This document shows, one piece after another, positions 41,391-50,669 of a stretch of DNA of 64,000 nucleotides. Source of the DNA: Eubacteriales bacterium (GTDB taxonomy: Bacteria > Bacillota > Clostridia > Oscillospirales > RGIG5299). Within the stretch, counting starts at the first letter, position 1; each line of letters begins with the position of its first letter. Below the pieces are notes generated by a model that saw only the letters and a list, made by a program, of their open reading frames with translations, made no database searches and had not been told where the DNA came from. The DNA lies in assembly GCA_045542315.1 (NCBI GenBank), contig JAZQKU010000075.1:3700-67699 (forward strand). Reading direction: 5' to 3'. The position numbers and the translations under genes are program-made.

Positions 41391-42412
41391 CGAAAAAGCA
41401 AAAGATAGGGCTTGTTACGGCAGTAGCTGTCTTTTTACTCGTCGCCGTTATAGGAATTCTCACCATTTCGGGTGCGCAAGAGATAGTTATATCGGAGTTT
41501 AACGGCAAAAAGGTGCTTCTTGGCGATTACGACTGCTTTATTGAATTCAACCGCCGAATAGCGATGAGGGATAGCAGGGATTTTATTGCAAGAAGTCTGA
41601 AATATTCCCATTATCTTGCAAAGCAAAACGTCAAGCTTACCGATGAGGATATAGCAAAGGCTTTAGAGAAGCTTGAAAAGGAGTATTTTGAGGAAGAAAA
41701 TTTTGCGGATTATTATATTCCGATTGCAAAATCCGCGAAAATGGAGTATAATAGTTTCAGAGAATCGTTGGCCTGCTACGCCGCCTGCGTTGCGGTAACC
41801 GAGCTTTTTGAGGATTATGCAAAAAGCGAGTATGAAAAGCAGGATAAGGAATCGGAAAATTATATCTCCGAGCTTGACAGCTTCCTTTACACCCTTGAAA
41901 AAGAGGCGATGAAGGAGGAGGCAAAGATAGTTACCTCCTTTAACGATTCGAAAAACGAATTCGGCGTTTCAAACTACGAAAAGCATTACGAGTGCTTTGT
42001 GGGGCTTATTGGCGAGACAAGTAAATTCGAGTCGATCAGGTCGATAACGCTCTATATAGGAATAGATAAGCGCTACGGCAGAGAGGCTGATATCTCTCAG
42101 CTTGAGGCATATCTCGACACTATTTATTCAGGAATAAAAAGAATAGAGGGCTATGAGGGAATTTTGAACGATATGGGCGCCTCTGATTTTGAATTCTGGA
42201 TTCAGGCAAAGAAATTTTACCGAAACGTTTACGTTTACGAGCAGTTAACGCAGGATTATTTCGCCTCGCGCTTTCAGCTTAAAAAGACGGCGGGAACTCT
42301 TCCCGAGGGAGTTACCACTCTCGAGGAATACGCCGCATATATCCTTATTGACACCGCTCTTATGTGCAAGGTGGTCAACACGGATTTTGAATGGAACAGA
42401 AACCAGAAATAA
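41387..42412 (+). CDS. membrane-anchored hypothetical protein
   Basis: 341 aa. ATGA overlap with the cotH-like gene. A single N-terminal TM helix is followed by a helical, Glu/Lys-rich body. Confidence 0.6.
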   Translation: MTKKQKIGLVTAVAVFLLVAVIGILTISGAQEIVISEFNGKKVLLGDYDCFIEFNRRIAMRDSRDFIARSLKYSHYLAKQNVKLTDEDIAKALEKLEKEYFEEENFADYYIPIAKSAKMEYNSFRESLACYAACVAVTELFEDYAKSEYEKQDKESENYISELDSFLYTLEKEAMKEEAKIVTSFNDSKNEFGVSNYEKHYECFVGLIGETSKFESIRSITLYIGIDKRYGREADISQLEAYLDTIYSGIKRIEGYEGILNDMGASDFEFWIQAKKFYRNVYVYEQLTQDYFASRFQLKKTAGTLPEGVTTLEEYAAYILIDTALMCKVVNTDFEWNRNQK

Positions 42413-42430
42413 ATATAAAGGATGAAAAAA

Positions 42431-43579
42431 ATGACGTCTAAGGAAAGCGAAAAAATCTTCGGCAAAGAAAAATCAGTTGCGAGGCTCGGAATTATTGCCC
42501 TTAAAGGCACCGAGGAGCTTGCAAAGAAAATCGATTACTATTTAACCGACTGGTCAAACCAGCTTGACGAGCCTGTTGAGACCTTCTTGATAGAGGCGGA
42601 TTGTCCCCGTTTTTCTTCGGGTGATGCAAAGGGCATAATCAAGCAGCCGGTAAGAGGTCTTGACCTCTACATTCTCGTTGACGTGGCAAACTACAGCTGC
42701 ACCTACAATATGTTCGGATTCGAGAACAATATGTCGCCCGACGATCATTATCAGGACCTCAAGAGAATTATTCAGGCGGTTTCGGGCAAGGCTCACAGAA
42801 TCAACGTAATTATGCCGGTGCTTTACGGCGGACGTCAGCACAGAAGAAACTACCGCGAGTCGCTTGACTGTGCAGTTGCGCTTCAGGAGCTTCAGTCAAT
42901 GGGCGTTGTAAACGTTATTACCGTTGACGCTCACGACCCCAAGGTTAACAACGCAGTCCCCCTTATGGGCTTTGATAACATTATGCCCGTTTATCAGACG
43001 TTAAAGACTATCTTCCGCACCGTTCCCGATATTAAATTCGATAAAGATCACTTTATGGTGGTAAGCCCCGATGAAGGCGCAATGAACCGCAATATGTATT
43101 ACGCATCGGTCCTCGGCGTTGACCTCGGTATGTTCTATAAAAGACGTGACTACTCAAAGATAGTAAACGGCAGAAATCCCATTGTGGCTCACGAATACCT
43201 CGGAAACTCGGTTGAGGGTAAGGACGTATTCATTGCCGACGATATGATATCCTCGGGTGAATCAATGCTTGACCTTGCTTACGAGCTTAAGAAGCGCAAG
43301 GCAAACAAGATCTTTGCATACGTAACCTACGGCTTCTTTACCAACGGTCTTGAGAAGTTTGACAAGGCTTATGCCGACGGCGTGCTTTCGGGCGTTTTCG
43401 CAACAAACCTCACCTACCGTATGCCCGAGCTTCTCGAAAGAGAGTGGTTTAATGAGGTTGACGTTTCGAAATATCTTTCCTATTATATAGCATCTCTCAA
43501 TCACGATCTTTCTATCGGTAAGGTAATAGATCCTCATCAGAAGATAAAAGCGCTTTTGGAAAAGACGAATAATAAATAA
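42431..43579 (+). CDS. prs: ribose-phosphate diphosphokinase (PRPP synthetase family)
   Basis: VSPDEGA and the PRPP-binding loop DDMISSGES are present. The ATG at 42431 has better spacing from AAAGGA than the ORF-track start at 42422. Confidence 0.8.
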   Translation: MTSKESEKIFGKEKSVARLGIIALKGTEELAKKIDYYLTDWSNQLDEPVETFLIEADCPRFSSGDAKGIIKQPVRGLDLYILVDVANYSCTYNMFGFENNMSPDDHYQDLKRIIQAVSGKAHRINVIMPVLYGGRQHRRNYRESLDCAVALQELQSMGVVNVITVDAHDPKVNNAVPLMGFDNIMPVYQTLKTIFRTVPDIKFDKDHFMVVSPDEGAMNRNMYYASVLGVDLGMFYKRRDYSKIVNGRNPIVAHEYLGNSVEGKDVFIADDMISSGESMLDLAYELKKRKANKIFAYVTYGFFTNGLEKFDKAYADGVLSGVFATNLTYRMPELLEREWFNEVDVSKYLSYYIASLNHDLSIGKVIDPHQKIKALLEKTNNK

Positions 43580-43586
43580 GAAAAAC

Positions 43587-43620
43587 GATCCCGCCATTTT
43601 GGCGGGATCTTTGCTTTTTG
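43587..43620 (+). terminator. rho-independent terminator after prs
   Basis: gatcccgcc-atttt-ggcgggatc followed by tttgcttttt. Confidence 0.85.
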
Positions 43621-43749
43621 TTTCCGATGCGGAGGTTTTTCCGTAAAATTTGCCGTTTGTAAAAAAATATGTTATAATAATAAAAACTTCTCTTTTTACG
43701 TAGTTTTTCGCAGTAAAACCGTAGTATATAGGTAAAGGAGGTCGGTAAT

Positions 43750-44307
43750 ATGAACGATGAAAGAATAATCGGTCTGTTTTTTGAACGCTCGGAAACGGCA
43801 ATTTCGGAGCTTGAGAAAAAATACGGCAAGCTTCTTTATGCGGTAGCAAATAACGTTCTTAATGATAGCGAGGACGCGCGCGAGTGCGTAAACGACACCT
43901 ATCTTGCAACGTGGAACGCCGTTCCGCCAGCAAACCCCAATCCGCTTCTTTCCTTTGTCTGCAAAATAGTAAGGAACCTTTCACTTAAGCGTTACGAGCA
44001 AAACACCGCAAAAAAGAGAAACAGCGCTTATGACCTTTCTCTTTCGGAGATTGGCGATTTTGTTTCTGCAAAGGAAAACGTTGAGGCGGAAAACGAAAGA
44101 AAAGAGCTTTTGGCGGCGGTTGAAGGCTTTTTGAAAACGCTTTCAACCGAAAACCGAGTGATCTTTATGCGCCGCTACTGGTTTTTCGACAGCTATGCCG
44201 ACATCTCCAAAAGGGTGGGAATTTCGGAAAAGAACGTTTCTGTCCGGCTTGTAAGGCTGCGCGACCAACTGCGTAGCTATTTAAAGGAAAGAGAGGTAAT
44301 AATATGA
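43750..44307 (+). CDS. ECF-type sigma-70 family RNA polymerase sigma factor
   Basis: 185 aa. The region 2-like segment is DSEDARECVNDTYLATW. The region 4 HTH is SYADISKRVGISEKNVSVRLVRLRDQL. Confidence 0.8.
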   Translation: MNDERIIGLFFERSETAISELEKKYGKLLYAVANNVLNDSEDARECVNDTYLATWNAVPPANPNPLLSFVCKIVRNLSLKRYEQNTAKKRNSAYDLSLSEIGDFVSAKENVEAENERKELLAAVEGFLKTLSTENRVIFMRRYWFFDSYADISKRVGISEKNVSVRLVRLRDQLRSYLKEREVII

Positions 44308-45131
44308 ATAATAAGGAATTTTTAAGCTCGCTTAACGAAATTGACGAGCGCTACGTTAACGAGGCTGCCGAATATAACGTAAATAGCAGGCGTTCGTTTT
44401 TCTTAAAGCTCGGCGCATTGGCCGCCTGCCTGTGCATTTGCATTGTGGCGGTGCTAAATCCATTTGGACAGGAATTTACATATGGCAGCTCAAGCAGTCC
44501 CGGAACTAACAGTGTGCCGGGGGTGCCTCCTTTGCAATTTACAAGCCGAAGCTTTTACAGCAAGGAAGAGCTTATCACTTGGATAAAGGACGGCGGTAAA
44601 TGGGAAGGGAATTGGGGCAGCGGATATTATAATCCGGAATATGACGGCGCTTATGATAAAAACTTATTTTATAATGCCGCTGTTGAAAACGGCTATTTCC
44701 CTTCAATAAAGCTTAAAATATCGGAAGATTATAAATATTATTATACTGTAAGTGCCGATAGCTATTCATTTTTCTATTGCACCCCAAAAGGAGATTCCGA
44801 TATTGAAAGCTGCTCAATTATGATTTATGTTGTTTCAGACGGGGAAAAGGAGCTTTCAATTAAAGAAAAGGCGGAAAAATACGGACTTATAGGTGATTGG
44901 ATACCAAAGGATGCAATTAACGTGTATTCCGATTCCGACGAGATTTATAATCAGTATGGCGAATACGTTGCGGTAAAATCCTATGAATATGAGGAAAATA
45001 AATTTAAGGTGCCGCGAATCATTATTGAAAAAGACAATTTTTTGATTAAGATATCTGTGGTTGGAGGCGTTGACGATCCGCTGAAAATATTTGATTATTT
45101 TGAAGTTGCTTTTGAGAAAATTAACACGTAA
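44304..45131 (+). CDS. putative anti-sigma factor / single-pass membrane protein
   Basis: ATGA overlap with the sigma gene. A short cytoplasmic N-terminus is followed by one TM helix (FFLKLGALAACLCICIVAVL) and an extracytoplasmic domain. Confidence 0.5.
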   Translation: MNNKEFLSSLNEIDERYVNEAAEYNVNSRRSFFLKLGALAACLCICIVAVLNPFGQEFTYGSSSSPGTNSVPGVPPLQFTSRSFYSKEELITWIKDGGKWEGNWGSGYYNPEYDGAYDKNLFYNAAVENGYFPSIKLKISEDYKYYYTVSADSYSFFYCTPKGDSDIESCSIMIYVVSDGEKELSIKEKAEKYGLIGDWIPKDAINVYSDSDEIYNQYGEYVAVKSYEYEENKFKVPRIIIEKDNFLIKISVVGGVDDPLKIFDYFEVAFEKINT

Positions 45132-45213
45132 GTCAAAAATTATAAACGGCAACAATGATGTGCTTGAGTAAAAAAACGCCCCGCAAAATCGGTGCGTTAA
45201 AGGAGGCAATTTT

Positions 45214-45618
45214 ATGAAAAGGCTGGCAGTATTGGTCTTTACGTTAACTCTTGTTTTTGCCTTGGTTGGCTGTGTGGGAGTTACGTCGGGGAAAGGGCTT
45301 CTTAAGGAGGGTACGGTAAAAAGCGTTTCGGTTTCCTCTTTGCCCGAGGGTTATTCCTACTCATTTAGCGGCGAAGAAGCAATGGCTGTCGTCGGTTATA
45401 TTCAAGATTTAAATTTAATCGCAAAATTTGAGGAGAATCCTAACGATTATGACGGATTGACATGGGTTATCACTTTTAAATACGATAACGGAAAGGTTTT
45501 GAAGCTCTACCATTTCGGTAATATGTTTATAGGAACGGAAGACGGCAAATGGTATAAAATGAAAACCGAGGAAGCAAACTGTTTCGGAGAATTGTTAAAC
45601 GAGTTAAAATCCCGCTAA
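45214..45618 (+). CDS. small lipoprotein, unknown function
   Basis: 134 aa with lipobox LVGC after a signal peptide and RBS AAGGAGG. Confidence 0.65.
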   Translation: MKRLAVLVFTLTLVFALVGCVGVTSGKGLLKEGTVKSVSVSSLPEGYSYSFSGEEAMAVVGYIQDLNLIAKFEENPNDYDGLTWVITFKYDNGKVLKLYHFGNMFIGTEDGKWYKMKTEEANCFGELLNELKSR

Positions 45619-45626
45619 TTGTTAAA

Positions 45627-45660
45627 CACCCCCGCCTCGAAAGAGGCGGGGGGTCATTTT
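45627..45660 (+). terminator. rho-independent terminator
   Basis: cccccgcctc-gaaa-gaggcggggg followed by tcatttt. Confidence 0.8.
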
Positions 45661-45775
45661 GCTTGTTTGCGCTTTTATGCGGGCAAATTGAAAAGTGCCC
45701 CGCGCAGAGAGGATATGCTTCGTCGGCTTTGCCGCCACCACACCTCTTCACTATTCACTTTTCACTCTTAACTTA

Positions 45776-45806
45776 AAAAGCTCCGTCCTTTCGGGACGGA
45801 GCTTTT
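45776..45806. terminator. bidirectional terminator next to the 3' end of the acyl-CoA ligase gene
   Basis: aaaagctccgtcc-tttcg-ggacggagctttt is a perfect 13-bp stem. Confidence 0.8.
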
Positions 45807-45810
45807 AGCT

Positions 45811-47460
45811 TTATTTATTATCGCTTTTTCTTATTTCCGCGCGCTTTATCTTGCCCGATATAGTCTTGGGAAGCTCGGTTACGAACTCAACTATTCGGGG
45901 ATATTTGTAGGGCGCGGTGGTGCGCTTGACGTGGTCCTGAAGCTCCTTTTTAAGCTCCTCGGAGGGGGTGTAGCCCTTTGCGAGAATTATAGTTGCCTTA
46001 ACTATCTGACCTCTTACGGGGTCGGGCACGGCGGTAATAGCCGTTTCCAGAACAGCGGGGTGCTCAAGAAGCGCCGATTCGACCTCGAAGGGACTTATGC
46101 GGTAGTCCGACGATTTGATAACGTCGTCGGTTCTGCCGACAAACCAGAAGTATCCTTCTTCATCAAACCAGGCGACGTCGCCTGTGTGATAGTAGCCGTC
46201 ATACATAACGGAGGAGGTCTTGTCCTCGTCGTTTGCATAGCCCGTGAAAAGTCCGTAGGGGTGGCGCTCCGTCATATCAATACAGATCTCGCCCTCCTCG
46301 CCGACCTCACAGGGGTCGCCCTTATCGTTCAACAAAATTGTGTTGAAATGGGGTGAAGGCTTGCCCATTGAGCCGGGCTTGGGAGTGACCCAGGGGAAGG
46401 TTGCCGCCAAAACCGCGGTTTCGGTCTGACCGCAGCCCTCGCGAAGCTCAAGGCCGGTCATATTTTTCCACTGTTTAAAGACCTCTGCGTTTAAAGGCTC
46501 GCCCGCAATGTAGGTTGCGCGAAGAGAGGAAAGGTCAATGCCCGTAAGGTCCTCCTTGATGAGAAAGCGGAAGACGGTGGGCGGTGCGCAGAAGGTCGTT
46601 ATCTTGTGCTTTTCAATCATTTTTGCCATTTCAAGGGGCAAAAAGCGGGTATCGAAATCGTAAACGAATACCGAGGCTCCGCAAAGCCACTGACCGAAGA
46701 TCTTGCCCCACGAGCATTTTGCCCAGCCTGTTTCGGCAAGGGAGAAGTGAAGGTCGGTCTCCTTGAGGCTTTGCCAGAAGCCTGCGGTGAGAATGTGACC
46801 CAAGGGGTAGAAAAAGTTGTGGGTAACCATTTTGGGCATGCCTGTTGTGCCCGAGGTGAAGTAGATTATCATATTACCGTTCGGGTCGATATCGCGGCGG
46901 GGAAATTCCTCCGAGGCAGCCTCGACGCATTCGTCGAAATCAAGCCTGTTTTCCGCCTTGCCCTCAACGGTTGCCAAAATTACGGGGTGGTCAAACTCCT
47001 TTTCCGCCTCGATGAAGGAATGCTCTATCTCGCTATCGGTAACGTAAACCGCCATTTTGGCGTTTGAGCTGTTAACACGGTAAACGATATCCTTTTTCGT
47101 GAGCTGATGGGTGGCGGGAATAAGGGTTGCACCGAGCCTGCAAAGAGCGGGAACGATATACCAATACTGATAGCGGCGCTTTACGATAACAAGCACTCTG
47201 TCGCCCTTTCCGATGCCGAGCGCTTCAAAGGCATTTGCCGCCTTTTTGGAAAGGCGGGAGATATCGGCAAAGGAGAAGGTTTTTGTTTCGCCCTTGTCGT
47301 TTGCCCAGACGAGTGCGCGCTGTGAGGGCGCTTCCGCGGCGTAAACGTCAACAACGTCGTTTGCAAAGTTGAAGTTATCGGGGGCGGTTATTTTGAAATT
47401 TTTGCGAAAATCCTCGTAGCTTTCGAAATTTTCGTTGCAAAATCGGGATAAAAGTCTCAT
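45811..47460 (-). CDS. AMP-forming acyl-CoA synthetase (medium/short-chain acyl-CoA ligase-like)
   Basis: 549 aa with AMP-binding motifs YFTSGTTGMPK, YYHTGDVA and ISGKIKR. Confidence 0.85.
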   Translation of the reverse strand: MRLLSRFCNENFESYEDFRKNFKITAPDNFNFANDVVDVYAAEAPSQRALVWANDKGETKTFSFADISRLSKKAANAFEALGIGKGDRVLVIVKRRYQYWYIVPALCRLGATLIPATHQLTKKDIVYRVNSSNAKMAVYVTDSEIEHSFIEAEKEFDHPVILATVEGKAENRLDFDECVEAASEEFPRRDIDPNGNMIIYFTSGTTGMPKMVTHNFFYPLGHILTAGFWQSLKETDLHFSLAETGWAKCSWGKIFGQWLCGASVFVYDFDTRFLPLEMAKMIEKHKITTFCAPPTVFRFLIKEDLTGIDLSSLRATYIAGEPLNAEVFKQWKNMTGLELREGCGQTETAVLAATFPWVTPKPGSMGKPSPHFNTILLNDKGDPCEVGEEGEICIDMTERHPYGLFTGYANDEDKTSSVMYDGYYHTGDVAWFDEEGYFWFVGRTDDVIKSSDYRISPFEVESALLEHPAVLETAITAVPDPVRGQIVKATIILAKGYTPSEELKKELQDHVKRTTAPYKYPRIVEFVTELPKTISGKIKRAEIRKSDNK

Positions 47461-47480
47461 ATTTTGTTAGTCCTTTAAAT

Positions 47481-48041
47481 TCAGATTACTATGACTAAGA
47501 TTCTCGCATCGTTTTCGTTTGCCGCCTTCATTGCGTGGGGATAGGAAGAGTCGAAATAAAGGCTGTCGCCCTCGTTTAAGATCATTTCCTTGCCGTCGAT
47601 GCATATCTTGTAGCTGCCCTCGAGGCAGTAATGATATTCCTGACCCTTGTGAAAGTCGAAATGATATTCGGCCTTTCTTTTTTCACCGGGAATGGTGACC
47701 AAAAGGGGCTCTATCTTTCTGTCGGCAAAATGGCTTGCGAGATTCTGATAATGATACGCGTCGTTTCTGTCAACCGCGAGTCCTCTGCTTTTGCGGACTA
47801 CGGAGAAGTTGCGAAGCTTGGGCGTATCGCCTGTAAGAAGCTCCGTCATAGAAATCTTAAGCTCGTTACAGACGTTGTATAAAAGGCTCACCGGTATATC
47901 CTTTTCTCCGCTTTCATAGGCGAGATATTCTTCGGGAGCCAATCCCACTCGCACCGCTATTTCTTCGGGCGTTATATCGGAAAGCTCTCTCATAGCCTTC
48001 ATTCTCTCTGCGATTTCAAAATTTTTAACAGACATTGCCAA
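47481..48041 (-). CDS. XRE-family HTH regulator with a C-terminal cupin domain
   Basis: 186 aa. The N-terminal HTH resembles XRE regulators (ERMKAMRELSDITPEEIAVRVGL). The C-terminal cupin-like segment is GQEYHYCLEGSY...GDSLYFDSSYPHAM. Confidence 0.8.
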   Translation of the reverse strand: MAMSVKNFEIAERMKAMRELSDITPEEIAVRVGLAPEEYLAYESGEKDIPVSLLYNVCNELKISMTELLTGDTPKLRNFSVVRKSRGLAVDRNDAYHYQNLASHFADRKIEPLLVTIPGEKRKAEYHFDFHKGQEYHYCLEGSYKICIDGKEMILNEGDSLYFDSSYPHAMKAANENDARILVIVI

Positions 48042-48070
48042 AAGCTCCTTTCGGATTTATTTGCGGCTTA

Positions 48071-48616
48071 TTATTCGGCGTAGTTATAGCCGATCTCGAA
48101 AGCCTTGTTGTTTCTCTCGGTAATTTCGGGAAGATTTTTCTTGTTGTTCTTCTCCAAGGCCTTCAAAACGGTTTCCTTGGGAAGGAAGGGATATTCCTTG
48201 CAGATCTTACCGAGCATGATGATATTTGCAAGTCCCTTGAGCCCGTTTTCGTTTGCAAGGCTCGTTGCGGGAATGTAGAAAACGCTTATATCGGTTCTCT
48301 CGGATTTTGAGGAAACGAGAGAGCTGTCGATAAAGGTGTAGCCGCCTGCTACGGTAGCCTTGTCGAATTTATCGAAGGAGGGCTGATTCATGACCACAAG
48401 ACAGGAGGGGGTAAGTACCTGGGGGGAGCCGATCTCCTCGTCGGATACGGTTACGGAGCAGTTACAGGTGCCGCCTCTCATTTCGGGGCCGTAGGAGGGA
48501 AGCCAGGAAAGCTCCTTGCCTTCAAGAAGACCCGAAACGGCGATTGCCTTTCCGAGGAAGAGTATGCCCTGACCGCCGAAGCCTGCAAGTAAGAAGGTAT
48601 GAGTTGTATTATTCAT
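48071..48616 (-). CDS. 2-oxoacid:ferredoxin oxidoreductase, gamma subunit
   Basis: 181 aa. LAGFGGQGILFLGK is typical of the Kor/Vor/Por gamma subunit. Confidence 0.85.
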   Translation of the reverse strand: MNNTTHTFLLAGFGGQGILFLGKAIAVSGLLEGKELSWLPSYGPEMRGGTCNCSVTVSDEEIGSPQVLTPSCLVVMNQPSFDKFDKATVAGGYTFIDSSLVSSKSERTDISVFYIPATSLANENGLKGLANIIMLGKICKEYPFLPKETVLKALEKNNKKNLPEITERNNKAFEIGYNYAE

Positions 48617-48629
48617 TTTTATTTCCTCC

Positions 48630-49367
48630 TTATTCCTTATCCTTGTAGCAACCCAAGGGATAATAGGTTTCCATATTTTCCTTAAGCCACTTTATAGAGT
48701 CCTTGGGAGTCATGCCCCAGTTGGTGGGACAGGTCGAAAGAACCTCAACGAAGGAAAGACCCTTGCCTGCCTTCTGGGTTTCAAAAGCTTTTCTGATTGC
48801 CTTTTTGGCGTTCATAATGCCGGGAACGCCGTCGATGGCAACGCGCTCTGCGTAGGCAACGCCGTCAAGAGTTGCAAGCATTTCGCAAACTCTTATGGGG
48901 TAACCCTGAGTAGCAACGTTTCTTCCGTAGGGTGAGGTCTGGGTGACCTGACCGGGCAGGGTAGTGGGAGCCATCTGACCGCCGGTCATACCGTAGATGG
49001 CGTTGTTGATGAATATAACGGTGATATTCTCGCCTCTTGTGCCGACGTGAACGGTCTCGTTGGTGCCGATTGCGGCAAGGTCGCCGTCACCCTGATAGGT
49101 GAATACAAAGCGGTCGGGTCTTGCTCTCTTTACACCGGTTGCAACTGCGGGCGCTCTGCCGTGAGGAGCCTGGATAACGTCACAGTTGAAGTAATCGTAT
49201 GCGAAAACGGAGCAGCCTACGGGTGCAACACCGATAGTCTCTCCCTCGATGCCCATTTCGTCAAGAACCTCGGCAACAAGACGGTGAACGATACCGTGGG
49301 TGCAGCCGGGGCAATAGTGAAGGGGCTTATCTGTAAGCGCGTGAGGCTTTTTGAATACAATAGCCAT
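48630..49367 (-). CDS. 2-oxoacid:ferredoxin oxidoreductase, beta (TPP-binding) subunit
   Basis: 245 aa with YCPGCTHG and GDGD...NNAIYGMTGGQ (TPP-binding motif). Confidence 0.85.
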   Translation of the reverse strand: MAIVFKKPHALTDKPLHYCPGCTHGIVHRLVAEVLDEMGIEGETIGVAPVGCSVFAYDYFNCDVIQAPHGRAPAVATGVKRARPDRFVFTYQGDGDLAAIGTNETVHVGTRGENITVIFINNAIYGMTGGQMAPTTLPGQVTQTSPYGRNVATQGYPIRVCEMLATLDGVAYAERVAIDGVPGIMNAKKAIRKAFETQKAGKGLSFVEVLSTCPTNWGMTPKDSIKWLKENMETYYPLGCYKDKE

Positions 49368-50428
49368 TATTTGTTACCTCCGTTAAGTCTTACTATTTCG
49401 TTGAAGATCTCGTCGGTGGTGGGAACCATACCGCCGGTACGTCCGAAAAATTCAACGGGAGCCTTGAACTCCGAAGCGAGCTTTACGTCCTCGACCATCT
49501 GACCCATTGAAAGCTCAACGGTAAGGAAAGCCTTTACGTTGTCTGCGGCTTCTCTGATAGCGTCGGAGGGGAAGGGCCAAAGGGTGATGGGACGGATAAG
49601 GCCTGCCTTGATACCTGCGGCTCTTGCGTTTCTTACCGCACTCTTTGCAACACGGGCGGCAATGCCGTAGGCAACTACGATGACCTCTGCGTCGTCGGTC
49701 ATAAACTTCTCAACGCGGGTCTCGGTCTTTTTGATCTCTTCGTATTTTTCAAATCTCTCTTTAACGATTCTCTCAAGCTCGTCGGGCTGAATGTAGAGAG
49801 AGTTTACTATGTTGTGAGCTCTCTTGTTCTCGTGGCCGTTGGTTGCCCAGGGCTTTTCGGGAGGAGTTATCTCCTTATCCTCGAAAACAACGGGCTCCAT
49901 CATCTGACCGAGTGCACCGTCGCCGAGAATCATCGCGGGCATACGGTATTTGTCGGCAAGATCAAAGGCGTCGGTAACGAGAGTTACCATCTCCTGAACG
50001 GAGGCGGGAGCGAAAACGAGCATGTGCGCGTCACCGTGACCGGGAGAACGGGTTGCCTGGAAATAGTCTGCCTGAGAGGGCTGAATGCCGCCGAGACCGG
50101 GGCCGCCTCTCTGGATGTTGAGGATTACGCAGGGAAGGTCAGAACCGATTATGTAGGAAATGGCCTCCTGCTTGAGGGAGATGCCGGGGGAGGAGGACGA
50201 GGTCATCGTTCTCACACCTGCGCTTGCGGCGCCGAGAACCATATTTGCGGCGGCGATTTCACTTTCCGCCTGAAGAAAAACACCGCCTATTTTAGGCATC
50301 TTTTTTGCCATATAAGCGGAAACCTCTGTTTGAGGAGTGATGGGGTAACCGAAGAAATGCTTGCAGCCTGCTCTTATAGCGGCCTCGGCAATAGCTTCGT
50401 TACCCTTCATAAGTACTTTTTCAGCCAT
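49367..50428 (-). CDS. 2-oxoacid:ferredoxin oxidoreductase, alpha subunit
   Basis: 353 aa. MKGNEAIAEAAIRAGCKHFFGYPITPQTE is typical of KorA/VorB. Confidence 0.85.
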   Translation of the reverse strand: MAEKVLMKGNEAIAEAAIRAGCKHFFGYPITPQTEVSAYMAKKMPKIGGVFLQAESEIAAANMVLGAASAGVRTMTSSSSPGISLKQEAISYIIGSDLPCVILNIQRGGPGLGGIQPSQADYFQATRSPGHGDAHMLVFAPASVQEMVTLVTDAFDLADKYRMPAMILGDGALGQMMEPVVFEDKEITPPEKPWATNGHENKRAHNIVNSLYIQPDELERIVKERFEKYEEIKKTETRVEKFMTDDAEVIVVAYGIAARVAKSAVRNARAAGIKAGLIRPITLWPFPSDAIREAADNVKAFLTVELSMGQMVEDVKLASEFKAPVEFFGRTGGMVPTTDEIFNEIVRLNGGNK

Positions 50429-50441
50429 TTTGATCTTCCTT

Positions 50442-50657
50442 TCAGTTCTTCTCGACGGTGATTACACAGTCGGGGCACATTCTTGCACACATTGCGCAGG
50501 CAATACATTTTGCCATATCCTCATCGGATACCTCCGCAACGTTGTAGCCCTTCGCGTTAAGCTTGTCGGGATTGAGCTTTACGATTTTTTTGGGACAGGC
50601 TTCCTCGCAAAGACCGCAGCCCTTGCAAAGCTCTGTTTTAAACGTAACTTTATTCAT
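50442..50657 (-). CDS. 2-oxoacid:ferredoxin oxidoreductase, delta subunit (2x[4Fe-4S] ferredoxin)
   Basis: 71 aa with two CxxCxxCxxxCP motifs (CKGCGLCEEACP, CIACAMCARMCP). Confidence 0.85.
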   Translation of the reverse strand: MNKVTFKTELCKGCGLCEEACPKKIVKLNPDKLNAKGYNVAEVSDEDMAKCIACAMCARMCPDCVITVEKN

Positions 50658-50669
50658 TATAGGTACCTC

